64,000 bases of DNA, from contig CAZCXH010000001.1 in NCBI GenBank assembly GCA_964502525.1, forward strand, positions 37,480 to 101,479, given 5' to 3'. Position 1 is the stretch's first letter. Each line of letters opens with the position of its first letter. The notes beneath the pieces were generated by a model, which saw only the letters and a list, made by a program, of their open reading frames with translations, was not told the origin of the DNA and did no database searches. Origin of the DNA: an uncultured Chitinophagaceae bacterium (GTDB taxonomy: Bacteria; Bacteroidota; Bacteroidia; Chitinophagales; CAIOSU01). Below, piece after piece: positions 18,182-27,247 of this stretch. Both the position numbers and the translations under genes were made by a program.

Positions 18182-19087
18182 ATGTCCAAGCGCGAATACC
18201 TCACCCGCTACCTGCTCATCATCAAAAGATTAAGGAGAACCCCCGCTACCTTCCGGGAGATCAGCGACTACCTGCAACGGGAATCGGAATTGCAGGAGTT
18301 CAACTTCACCATTTCCAAACGCACCATGCAGCGCGACATCCGGGAGATACTGTCCATCTTCGGCATTCAGATCGAATATGATTTCTCACGGAAGGTTTAT
18401 TTCATCGCAGATGATGCTCATAATGATGTGAACAACCGGATGCTCGAAGCCTACGAGCTGTTCGATGCGCTGCGCCTTAATGACAAGATTTCTTCGAGCG
18501 TTTATTTTGACAACCGCAAAGCGCAGGGTGCGGAGCACCTGCACGGTATGCTCTATGCTATCAAAAATCGCAGGATCATCCGGTTTGACTACCAGAAGTT
18601 TTGGGAAGACGAAAAGACATCCCGCGCAGGCGAGCCTTATGCGCTGAAAGAATTCAGGAATCGCTGGTACGTGCTGATGCGCGATCTCAAGGATAAAACG
18701 GTCAAGAGTTTCGGCTTAGACAGGATTTCCGAGTTGGAGATAACGAAAACAGTTTTCAAGGATTCGCTTGAATTCAACATCAAGGAGCATTTCCGCAACT
18801 GCTTTGGCATCATCAGTCCGCATGACGGGGAGCCGCAGGAAATCATCTTGTCATTCGATTCGGTGCAGAGTAAATATTTGAAATCTCAGCCTTTGCACGA
18901 AACGCAGGAAATTTTGATGGAAACGGAAAATGAAACCCGTATTCGTCTGAATGTTTTCACCACCCATGATTTGATCATGGAGTTGCTCTCATTTGGAGAT
19001 AACGTAAAAGTGCTAATGCCCGAAAGCCTGGCAACTCAAATTCGTGACATTCTGAAAAGGACGTTGGCTAATTACGCTAAACTTTAA
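18182..19087 (+). CDS. HTH-WYL-WCX transcriptional regulator
   Basis: N-terminal wHTH (ATFREISDYL...ISKRTMQRDI). The WYL core is PYALKEFRNRWYVLMRD...FGLDRI. The C-terminal extension is typical of BrxR/CapW/PafBC-like regulators. It starts 18 nt after the AAA gene. Confidence 0.85.
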   Translation: MSKREYLTRYLLIIKRLRRTPATFREISDYLQRESELQEFNFTISKRTMQRDIREILSIFGIQIEYDFSRKVYFIADDAHNDVNNRMLEAYELFDALRLNDKISSSVYFDNRKAQGAEHLHGMLYAIKNRRIIRFDYQKFWEDEKTSRAGEPYALKEFRNRWYVLMRDLKDKTVKSFGLDRISELEITKTVFKDSLEFNIKEHFRNCFGIISPHDGEPQEIILSFDSVQSKYLKSQPLHETQEILMETENETRIRLNVFTTHDLIMELLSFGDNVKVLMPESLATQIRDILKRTLANYAKL

Positions 19088-19106
19088 ACTCTAAATTTCA
19101 AACTGA

Positions 19107-20384
19107 TTACTCCGCCACCACCAAATAATAATTCTTCTTCCCTTTCTGCACGAGCAGGTACTTGTTGTTGAGCAAATCCTTTGAGGTGAGTTTCATATTT
19201 TCATCAGCAACTTTTTCTTTATTGATGCTCAGTCCGCCTTCCTTCAAAGTTCTTTTTAATTCGCCCTTTGATGGAAACACCGCTGCTGATGCAGTCAGTC
19301 CATCGAGCAGCGATACTCCGTTTTCAAATATTGATTTCGATGCCTGAAAAACCGGCACTCCTTCAAACACGCTCAGGAAATCTTTCTCCGAAATGGAGAG
19401 GAGCGTTTCCTTTGTTGCCTTGCCGAATAAAATTTCAGATGCATTCAAAGCGGTCCGGTAATCATCTTCCGAATGAACCATCACCGTTACTTCCCTGGCA
19501 AGGCGTTTTTGCAGGTTCCTTAAATGAGCAGCCTGCCTGTGTTCCGCAACCAGCCCGTCAATTTCCTCCTTTGTAAGAAAAGTAAATATTTTGATATACT
19601 TTTCGGCTTCTTCATCTGAAACATTCAGCCAGAACTGGTAGAATTTGTAGGACGATGTCATCTCCGCATCAAGGTAAATATTCCCCTCTTCGGTTTTTCC
19701 GAATTTTCCGCCATCCGGTTTGGTAATCAGCGGGCTGGTGACGGCATAGGACTCACCTCCGCCCATTCTCCGGATGAGTTCTACCCCGGCAGTGATGTTG
19801 CCCCACTGGTCGCTGCCGCCCATCTGCACGGTGACGCCATGATGTTTGTTCATCCAGTAAAAATCATACGCCTGAATCAGTTGGTAAGAAAACTCGGTGT
19901 AGGATATTCCTGTCTCCATGCGTGACTTCACCGAATCCTTGGCAATCATATAATTAACAGTCAGATGTTTTCCAGCGTCACGCAGGAAGTCCAGCAACGT
20001 CATTTCCTTAAACCAATCGTAATTGTCAAGCATCAGCGGAGCTTTGGAGCTTTTTCCGAAATCAAAATATTTTGAAAGTTGCGTTTTCACGCGTTCTTTA
20101 TTGTGCAGCAGTTGTTCCTTGGAGAGAAGGTTGCGTTCCGCTGATTTTCCGGACGGGTCGCCAATCATCCCCGTGGCGCCACCGAGCAATGCAACGGGAC
20201 GGTGGCCGCAGCTTTGAAAAAAACGCAGTATCATAATCTGCACAAGATTGCCGATGCCGAGCGATGAGCTGGTGGGGTCAAAGCCGATGTAACCGGATGC
20301 CGCATGATTTTGCAGGAATTTGTCCGTTCCGGGAATCATGTCGAAAAACAATCCGCGCCACTTGAGTTCAGCTATAAAATCCAT
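19107..20384 (-). CDS. tyrS: tyrosine--tRNA ligase
   Basis: HIGH-type GFDPT..SLGIGNL, KFGKT (KMSKS variant) and a C-terminal S4 domain. Starts at MDFIAELKWRG; the upstream extension in the track is unlikely. Confidence 0.95.
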   Translation of the reverse strand: MDFIAELKWRGLFFDMIPGTDKFLQNHAASGYIGFDPTSSSLGIGNLVQIMILRFFQSCGHRPVALLGGATGMIGDPSGKSAERNLLSKEQLLHNKERVKTQLSKYFDFGKSSKAPLMLDNYDWFKEMTLLDFLRDAGKHLTVNYMIAKDSVKSRMETGISYTEFSYQLIQAYDFYWMNKHHGVTVQMGGSDQWGNITAGVELIRRMGGGESYAVTSPLITKPDGGKFGKTEEGNIYLDAEMTSSYKFYQFWLNVSDEEAEKYIKIFTFLTKEEIDGLVAEHRQAAHLRNLQKRLAREVTVMVHSEDDYRTALNASEILFGKATKETLLSISEKDFLSVFEGVPVFQASKSIFENGVSLLDGLTASAAVFPSKGELKRTLKEGGLSINKEKVADENMKLTSKDLLNNKYLLVQKGKKNYYLVVAE

Positions 20385-20742
20385 ATTAGGTTTTGCGCAA
20401 AGATAAATGATTGGATTAAGCGCCTTTCCCGGAATCGGCTGATGCAAGCGGTTTAAATTTATATCTAGGGTTCATTGCAAAAATCCGTACCTGAAACATT
20501 GAAGCATCAATACCCTTTCAGTTTATCACCCTATCATCTTTCATTCAACCTTAGCAACTGCGCCCTCCCGACCCGACCCAACCCGACCTTATTCACCATA
20601 TGAAGGCTGCCATAGCTTTTGGCAAGGTAAATAGAATAATTGGCGAAATTTATTGCCCACCTTGACTGAAAAGTGTGACAACGCAATCCTCTCTTGCCGG
20701 AACCTGTCAGGTTTATAGGTTTTTTGCAACTTTAGCCTCAAC

Positions 20743-21768
20743 TTGTCCATACCCAAAGTAACCCTCCTGATGCCCGTCTATAACGCGGGGAAATACCTCG
20801 CGGAAGCGATGGACAGCGTTCTGAATCAAACTTTCCGCGATTTCGAACTGCTCATTATCAATGACGGCTCCACCGATAACAGCGTTCAGATAATAAAATC
20901 TTATCGTGATGATAGGATAAGGTTGGTCGAAAATGAAAGCAACATCCGGCTTATTGCAACTCTGAACAAGGGCATTGAACTTGCCAAAGGCGAATACATT
21001 GCACGATTGGATGCTGATGACGTGTGCCTGCCGCAGCGATTGGAAAAGCAAGTGGCGTTTATGGATGCGCACCCTGAGGTTGGGTTGTGCGGCAGCTATT
21101 TAAGGACGCTCGGTTTGAAAAAAGATTATGAGGTTCATTTTGAAACTGAACACGACAAGATAAAATTCAAACTGTTTTTCGACACGCATTTCCCCCACCC
21201 TGCAGCGATGTTGCGCAAATCGGTGTTGCTGCGCCACAACCTCCGGTTTGAAAAGGAATACATCCATGCCGAGGATTTCGAAATGTGGAACAGGATGGCG
21301 GAAGCATGCCGGCTCGCCATCGTCCCGGAAGTGCTGGTACTGAAGCGCTCGCATGATGAGCAGATATCCGCCATGCACTCAGGAACACAGGAAAAGATTT
21401 CCAGAAAAATCCGGAAAGAACTGATTGAAAAACTCGGAGTTAGTCCCTCAAATGAAGAGATGGACGTCTATGAGGATTTCCTTAAAAATAAGCTGCCGGC
21501 AGAAAAACACGCGCTCGAGTTGCTGCTCGATTGCTTTGAGAAACTCGTTGCCGGAAATAATGCAAGGAAGATTTACAACGCAGGACTGTTCAACCGTTTT
21601 TTCGCGGAAAAATACTGGCAGCTTTGCACGCGTTCAACACACCTGGGGCCTTTCATTTACAGAAAATACAGGAATTCAATATTTTATAAAAACAGCATCT
21701 ACCCGGGCAAGGGGCAATTCAGGTTTCTTCTTAAATCGCTGATGCGCTACAGATACGCTACTGCTTGA
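20743..21768 (+). CDS. glycosyltransferase family 2
   Basis: LLMPVYNAGKYL, INDGSTD and ARLDADD (DxD) motifs. The TTG start keeps the N-terminal beta-strand. Confidence 0.85.
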   Translation: MSIPKVTLLMPVYNAGKYLAEAMDSVLNQTFRDFELLIINDGSTDNSVQIIKSYRDDRIRLVENESNIRLIATLNKGIELAKGEYIARLDADDVCLPQRLEKQVAFMDAHPEVGLCGSYLRTLGLKKDYEVHFETEHDKIKFKLFFDTHFPHPAAMLRKSVLLRHNLRFEKEYIHAEDFEMWNRMAEACRLAIVPEVLVLKRSHDEQISAMHSGTQEKISRKIRKELIEKLGVSPSNEEMDVYEDFLKNKLPAEKHALELLLDCFEKLVAGNNARKIYNAGLFNRFFAEKYWQLCTRSTHLGPFIYRKYRNSIFYKNSIYPGKGQFRFLLKSLMRYRYATA

Positions 21769-23242
21769 TGAGCCTCACAATGTCGTTCACTATCTCCTGC
21801 CCGGAGCTGGGTCGCTTTGCGTTCGGGTCGGCAACGGTGCCGTCTTTGCCGATCAGCATGTAGCGGGGAATGGAAGAAATACCATAGTGCGACACCACGG
21901 TCGAACTCCATCCGCCCGGTGACCATGTGTTGAACCCCTCAATGCCATTTTTCTCAATGGCTTTCTTCCACGCCTCCTCGTTGCTGTCAATTGATATATA
22001 TAGAAACACCACTTGCTTCAAATGTTCAGCGCTGAGCATTTTGTGCAACTCCTTGGCGTAAGGAAACTGCTGGCGGCATGGTCCGCACCAGCTTGCCCAG
22101 AAGTCAACATAAAGCACTTTTCCCTTAAAATCTTCAAGGTAAACATTGTTGCCCTTCAGGTCGATCAGCGTGAACGGTTGGTTCTTTTTCGCGCCATCAC
22201 CCGACTTTGATTTCTTGTTCTTTGTTTCGGGCACTACTTCCGGTTTTTTCTTCTCCACTTTGGCGATGATTTCCGCCTCGCATTTCAGGGAAACGGGCTT
22301 TGAATAGTTGCCGCTGACATCCGACTGCGTCAATGCTTTGTTCAGCTTCTGAACGGTTTCTGGAGACGCCTTGTCGCAATAGTCAAACAGCTCATTGGAA
22401 AGCCAGAAGCTGAAAGGCTCGCCCGTCAGGTAGCGAAGCGCATAGTTATATTCGCGCTCCATCATGTCGGCATAATCGATGAATTTCACAAAGCTGTTCA
22501 GTGACGCAGTTTCATACCTTATGTAGTCTCTCAGGAAATTCCTGTAAGCAGGGCTGTTCATGTCGCGCTCGTCCATCAACTGAAGGTTTTTCATCTCTGT
22601 GAGCATGATATCCGGCAGGCGCGTGGCGGTAAGCCCGGTAGGGTCTCCGCTTTTCTCCAGCGAGTATTGCAGCAACTGCGAGAAGTAATGATATGAAATT
22701 TGATTATTTAAGAAATCGCTGCAAGCCTGCGGCACATCCTTCCTGTCGGGATACTCCTTCACGAAGCGCATCTGCTTCATCCGCTGGTCAAATATTGAGG
22801 ACTCGAACATATCCACCGAGATGGCAGAGGTTACGGCTGCGCTGACCTTTGAATGATCGAAATCTTCGGAAAATTTTTTGTAGAACTCATACAACATCCT
22901 GTTTCCGGCAGCCGCCTTGCCGTAAAATTCGGGTATGGGCGGGTTTGCAGAGGCATCCATGTTTAATGCAAGGTCATCGCCCGGCTCAAGAAATAATCGC
23001 AGCGCCCCGCTGTCAATGGTTGCAGTGACCAGCGTTCCCCTTTCCAAATCCGGCTTGAACTCAAAGTTTTGATTAAGAGGAAAGGTCTGCGTATCAGGGC
23101 TCTGGACAGGGTAGGGCTTGTCAACCTGAAACGCCATGCTCTTGTCGGAAACGCCTGTCACTTTAACGCTGATAGTTGCCGGCTGTCCTGCGTAGGACAG
23201 CAATGGAAAAATGGGCGCCATTGACAGAAATCGCATCAGCAT
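21758..23242 (-). CDS. TlpA-family thiol:disulfide oxidoreductase with a long N-terminal domain
   Basis: C-terminal thioredoxin fold with WASWCGPC. Signal-like MLMRFLSMAPIFPLLSYAG at 23242. Confidence 0.8.
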   Translation of the reverse strand: MLMRFLSMAPIFPLLSYAGQPATISVKVTGVSDKSMAFQVDKPYPVQSPDTQTFPLNQNFEFKPDLERGTLVTATIDSGALRLFLEPGDDLALNMDASANPPIPEFYGKAAAGNRMLYEFYKKFSEDFDHSKVSAAVTSAISVDMFESSIFDQRMKQMRFVKEYPDRKDVPQACSDFLNNQISYHYFSQLLQYSLEKSGDPTGLTATRLPDIMLTEMKNLQLMDERDMNSPAYRNFLRDYIRYETASLNSFVKFIDYADMMEREYNYALRYLTGEPFSFWLSNELFDYCDKASPETVQKLNKALTQSDVSGNYSKPVSLKCEAEIIAKVEKKKPEVVPETKNKKSKSGDGAKKNQPFTLIDLKGNNVYLEDFKGKVLYVDFWASWCGPCRQQFPYAKELHKMLSAEHLKQVVFLYISIDSNEEAWKKAIEKNGIEGFNTWSPGGWSSTVVSHYGISSIPRYMLIGKDGTVADPNAKRPSSGQEIVNDIVRLIKQ

Positions 23243-23348
23243 TGGGTTTCTGATTGCTAAGGAATCGCCAAAATTAGGCAAATAGGTTGAAGGATATAAC
23301 GGGAGGAAACGGGAGGAATGCAGGAAACTTATTTCTGCAGGTGAGTTA

Positions 23349-23537
23349 TCAGGTTGATTTCTTATTGAAAACCGAAAAATCGAAGCCTTCAATATCCTGG
23401 AAGGTAAGACCGAGATCTTTTCTCGTCTGCTCCGGTGAGCGCCCTTTCTTCACTAACTCATAGTATGACCTGATCGCTTCAAGCTTTTTTAAATACTCCT
23501 TATTCTTATCTATTTTGGTGTTTAACGCGGTGCTCAT
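23349..23537 (-). CDS. small hypothetical protein (62 aa)
   Basis: ATG-initiated ORF upstream of, and on the same strand as, the TlpA gene. No motif. Confidence 0.3.
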   Translation of the reverse strand: MSTALNTKIDKNKEYLKKLEAIRSYYELVKKGRSPEQTRKDLGLTFQDIEGFDFSVFNKKST

Positions 23538-24082
23538 TGCCTCAGAAAAAAAATTGGTAGCATAAATTTAATGCTCTGCCTGCTTGCCGCAATTTTTTTT
23601 ACTCACATTTAATCAACATTTCAACAAAGCATCATGGATGTTGAACTAAATGGGATTCACTTCCCAAACTCAGGCAGCGCAATAGTTCCACCAAATGCCG
23701 TTCCTCCACCGGATTAACCGGTTTTCCCGGGTGTTGGTGAAAATTGCGCTTCAAAGGAAATATAATTATGGCAGAATTCCAACACACTTGCGCGCCAGAG
23801 TGTGCAAAACATCGCTTGCATATTTGGCTGTTCTCCATTTATTTTTACTCCAAAACGCCCAGGTTATGAAAAACATTTCCTTCAAGAAAATTATTTTCTC
23901 GCTGTTCAGCATCACTGAAACTACCGACAGGGGAAAGAAATGGAAGCGTATTGCTGCGGAAAAGGATGCCCGCTGGCTGAAGATCGTAAAGATGTCGGAA
24001 TACAGGGTGGAGGTTGCGTGAAAGGTTTCCGTAATCTTCGTTTCTTTCCATTTGTTTGTTTACGGGCAGCGCTAAGGGTAAC

Positions 24083-25033
24083 TTACTCTATCCTCTCCGC
24101 CACCTCATAATGGTTCCTGTCAGGCGAGGAACGCGCAACCAGTTCTGCGAGAAATCCCGCAAGGAAAAGCTGAACGCCAACGACAACAGCAAGCAGCGCA
24201 AGGTAAAACAACGGCTGGTCCACGACATCGCGCACGTGCATGTTATGATATATGTGATATTGCTTCTGCGCGATGATCCAGACGGTGATGATGAAACCGA
24301 TGAAAAAAGAGAGGGTGCCGATGGTGCCGAACAGGTGCATGGGGCGCTTGCCGAAGCGGGTGACAAAAAGTATGGAGAGCAGGTCGAGAAATCCGTTGAT
24401 GAAGCGGTCCAATCCGAATTTCGTCTTCCCGTATTTGCGCTCCTGGTGAGTGACGGCTTTTTCCCCGATTTTTTCGAAGCCCGCTTTCTTCACCATTACA
24501 GGGATGAAGCGGTGCATCTCGCCATAGATCTCCACTGATTGCGCTGCTTCCCTGCGGTAGGCTTTCAGCCCGCAATTGAAATCATGCAGCCTGATGCCGG
24601 TGACGGTCCCCGTCACTCCGTTGAAAAATTTTGACGGAACGGTTTTGCTGATGGGGTCATGCCTTTTTTTCTTCCATCCCGAAACGAGATCATAACCTTG
24701 CTCCATAATCATTTTATGGAACTCCGGAATTTCTTCCGGGCTGTCCTGCAGGTCGGCATCCATGGTGATGACCACGTCTCCCTTCACTGCTTTGAAGCCT
24801 TCGTTAAGCGCGGCAGATTTTCCATAATTCCGCCTGAAGCGGATGCCCTTCACGCGCTGGCTTTTTTGCGAAAGTGCGCTGATGATTTCCCACGAGTTGT
24901 CGCGGCTGCCGTCATCCACAAAAATCACCTCATATTTCAAAGAAGTTTTATCAAGCGTTTGCCTGATCCAGTCGAAAAGCGGGGCAAGCGACTCCTCTTC
25001 ATTATATAGCGGTATGACAACGGAGATGTCCAT
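24083..25033 (-). CDS. polyprenol-phosphate glycosyltransferase (GT2, DPM1/ArnC-like) with C-terminal TM helices
   Basis: VVIPLYNEE, VDDGSRD, MDADLQD, then two hydrophobic helices. Confidence 0.9.
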   Translation of the reverse strand: MDISVVIPLYNEEESLAPLFDWIRQTLDKTSLKYEVIFVDDGSRDNSWEIISALSQKSQRVKGIRFRRNYGKSAALNEGFKAVKGDVVITMDADLQDSPEEIPEFHKMIMEQGYDLVSGWKKKRHDPISKTVPSKFFNGVTGTVTGIRLHDFNCGLKAYRREAAQSVEIYGEMHRFIPVMVKKAGFEKIGEKAVTHQERKYGKTKFGLDRFINGFLDLLSILFVTRFGKRPMHLFGTIGTLSFFIGFIITVWIIAQKQYHIYHNMHVRDVVDQPLFYLALLAVVVGVQLFLAGFLAELVARSSPDRNHYEVAERIE

Positions 25034-25587
25034 CAGTTGTTCAATTCAGGCGCTGCGATGTTCCTGCCGATGAGCCTGGTGATGGCGGCAAAAACCAGCG
25101 CGTAAAAAAATCCGATGAAAAGCGTGACGGGATACAGAGCGAAAAATTCCCCTGCGCCAAGATGAAACAGTTTAACCCTTTCGGCCGCTGCATCCAGTTG
25201 TTCTTTGGTGATTTTTCCCTCTTCAAATGCTTTCACCGCGCTGTCGTGAATGTTCTTTTTGATTTGTTCCGTGAGCGATGGGTCAATGTAGTTGAACAAC
25301 AAATAAAAGAAAAAAATTACCATCGCCAGCGCGATAACGGACACCATGAAAACCGACTGAAGCGCATCTTTAAATTCAACGCTTCCCCTTCGGCTTTTCC
25401 AGAAATAATATGCCGCAACTATTTTGAATATCACCACCGGCACAAATCCGAACAAAACCAGAGGACTGATCAAATATGCCGGGCTGATCGAGTAAAGGGC
25501 TATCAGGAAAACGAGGCAGGCGATGCCGGCATAAAGCCCCATGCGCGCGCCCAGGGCAGCGGGTTTCTCAGCCGTTTGCGCATTCAT
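25033..25587 (-). CDS. DUF4199-like small membrane protein
   Basis: Four predicted TM helices. It has the conserved Bacteroidota position between dihydroorotase and the GT2 gene. The Met at 25587 abuts the pyrC-like stop. Confidence 0.6.
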   Translation of the reverse strand: MNAQTAEKPAALGARMGLYAGIACLVFLIALYSISPAYLISPLVLFGFVPVVIFKIVAAYYFWKSRRGSVEFKDALQSVFMVSVIALAMVIFFFYLLFNYIDPSLTEQIKKNIHDSAVKAFEEGKITKEQLDAAAERVKLFHLGAGEFFALYPVTLFIGFFYALVFAAITRLIGRNIAAPELNN

Positions 25588-25589
25588 GT

Positions 25590-26858
25590 TCAATTGAGAT
25601 GAATCTGGTTGTTGTTCACCGTTCCGATAACTTTTCCCGTGAAACGCATTCCTATGAATGGCGAATTTTTTGATTTCGACCGAATGTTCCTTTCTGCGAA
25701 AATCCATTCGGCACCGTTGTCAAACAGGGTGAGGCAGGCAGCCGCATCTTTTTCGATGGAAGGAACGGGCAGGTTCAGGATTTTTCTCGGGGCAACCGCC
25801 AGTTTCTCCATGATTTTTTCATCGCCCAGCTTTTTCCCGACAGAGGTGTTCACCACTGCGTAAGCAGTTTCCAGACCAAGCATCCCGAACTCAGCGTAAT
25901 CAAACTCCACCTTCTTGGATTCCACATCCTGTGGAATGTGCATGGATGCGATCGCGTCAATCGTGTCGTCCTGCATTGCTTTCAACAGCGCCTTGATTTC
26001 ATTTTTCGTCTTCAGCGGTGGCAGCACCTTGTAATTGGTGTCGAAACCGGCAACGGCTTCATCTTCAAGCAGCAAGTTGTAGGGGCTTACCGAGCAGGTA
26101 ACTTTCAATCCCCTCGCTTTTGCCTTGCGGATTTGCTCCAGCGCGGTTGGCGATGAGACGAAAGCGAAGTGCACCCGCGAGTTGGTGTATTCAGCGAGAT
26201 AGAGGTCGCGCATCACTACAAGGTCTTCAGAAATGGCGGGAATGCCCGAAACGCCCATCATCGTGCTGGTGACGCCTTCGTTCACCAGCCCGCCATTGCG
26301 GATGCTGTGCTCATCGGGATGGCTGATGATAAGCCCGTCAAACGGCTTGACATATAATAAGCTGCGCAGCATCAGCCCCGCGCTGAGCGATGAGTTGATG
26401 CCGTCAGAAAAGGCGGCAGCTCCTGCCTTGTGCATGTCGTAAATCTCGGTGATGTCGCTTCCTTCGCAGTTGCGGCTCACGGCACCGATGGGCTTCACGT
26501 CAACAATTGCGTTTCTCGACTTGTTGACGACATATTCAATTTCCGATTTGGAATGAAGCGCGGGCTTGGTATTGGGCATCACGCAAACAGCGGTGAAGCC
26601 GCCCGCTGCCGCTGCCTTGATTCCGCTTGAAATATCTTCCTTGTGCTCATAGCCGGGATCGGCAAAGTAGGAAAACAAATCCACCCAGCCGGGAGAGACG
26701 CAGAGGTTGGTTGCCGCTGCTTCTTTATATCCATTGTCGTTTTTGAGCTTTGCTCCGATTTGAGTGATGATGCCGCGCTCAATTACAATATCACGGATTT
26801 GTAAATGATGTTTTGAACTGGGATCAATGATTCGGGCAGACCGGATGAAAAGATTCAT
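25590..26858 (-). CDS. pyrC: dihydroorotase-type amidohydrolase
   Basis: 422 aa. Contains PGWVD, a KPA..S block and D..ASMH.P, typical of class I dihydroorotase-like amidohydrolases. Confidence 0.8.
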   Translation of the reverse strand: MNLFIRSARIIDPSSKHHLQIRDIVIERGIITQIGAKLKNDNGYKEAAATNLCVSPGWVDLFSYFADPGYEHKEDISSGIKAAAAGGFTAVCVMPNTKPALHSKSEIEYVVNKSRNAIVDVKPIGAVSRNCEGSDITEIYDMHKAGAAAFSDGINSSLSAGLMLRSLLYVKPFDGLIISHPDEHSIRNGGLVNEGVTSTMMGVSGIPAISEDLVVMRDLYLAEYTNSRVHFAFVSSPTALEQIRKAKARGLKVTCSVSPYNLLLEDEAVAGFDTNYKVLPPLKTKNEIKALLKAMQDDTIDAIASMHIPQDVESKKVEFDYAEFGMLGLETAYAVVNTSVGKKLGDEKIMEKLAVAPRKILNLPVPSIEKDAAACLTLFDNGAEWIFAERNIRSKSKNSPFIGMRFTGKVIGTVNNNQIHLN

Positions 26859-27031
26859 TCAGGGATTCGTTAGCAGACGCCTGACACGTTAAAAGCGTCT
26901 GACACCTTTCAGCGCGGGGATAAAAATACGCAAAGTTTTCAGAGGGTACTCATTGGTGATCGCGGGGTTACCATTAGTAGTAGATAGTACAGCACATTCC
27001 TCAGATTGCAAACCTGTTTGAAAAGAACAAA

Positions 27032-27247
27032 GTGAAGCATGCTTACGCTTTTGGCTCGGTCTGCACTCCCGGGTTTGGAAAAGAAAGCGATATGGACCTG
27101 CTGATTTCATTTCAGGAAGGGCTTGACCCGCTGCAACGCGGTGAGAACTGGAGGAACCTGTTTTATGAACTCAGAAAATTGCTGATCCGGAAGGTGGACC
27201 TGCTGGTGGAAACCGATTTGCAGAATCCATACCTGATGGAAGAATGA
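27032..27247 (+). CDS. minimal nucleotidyltransferase (MNT-type) protein, apparently N-terminally short
   Basis: FGS...G....SDMDLLI is the Pol-beta NTase signature. The frame is open only from 26984, after three in-frame TAG codons at 26975-26983. It has no ATG, and the first usual start is the GTG at 27032. Confidence 0.65.
   Translation: MKHAYAFGSVCTPGFGKESDMDLLISFQEGLDPLQRGENWRNLFYELRKLLIRKVDLLVETDLQNPYLMEE

Noticed and set aside
20448-20742. tRNA or small RNA in the 295-bp tyrS/GT2 divergent spacer, including the cccgacccgacccaacccgacc tract
   Set aside because: I could not build a cloverleaf, T-loop (GGTTCGAATCC-like) or other recognisable RNA signature. It is most likely just a divergent promoter region with a short low-complexity tract.
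23538-24082. 545-bp gap with a 51-codon ORF (ATG 23866: MKNISFKKIIFSLFSITETTDRGKKWKR...)
   Set aside because: No terminator, motif or repeat supports it, and it may be a random ORF. It is left unannotated and would need conservation or Ribo-seq data.
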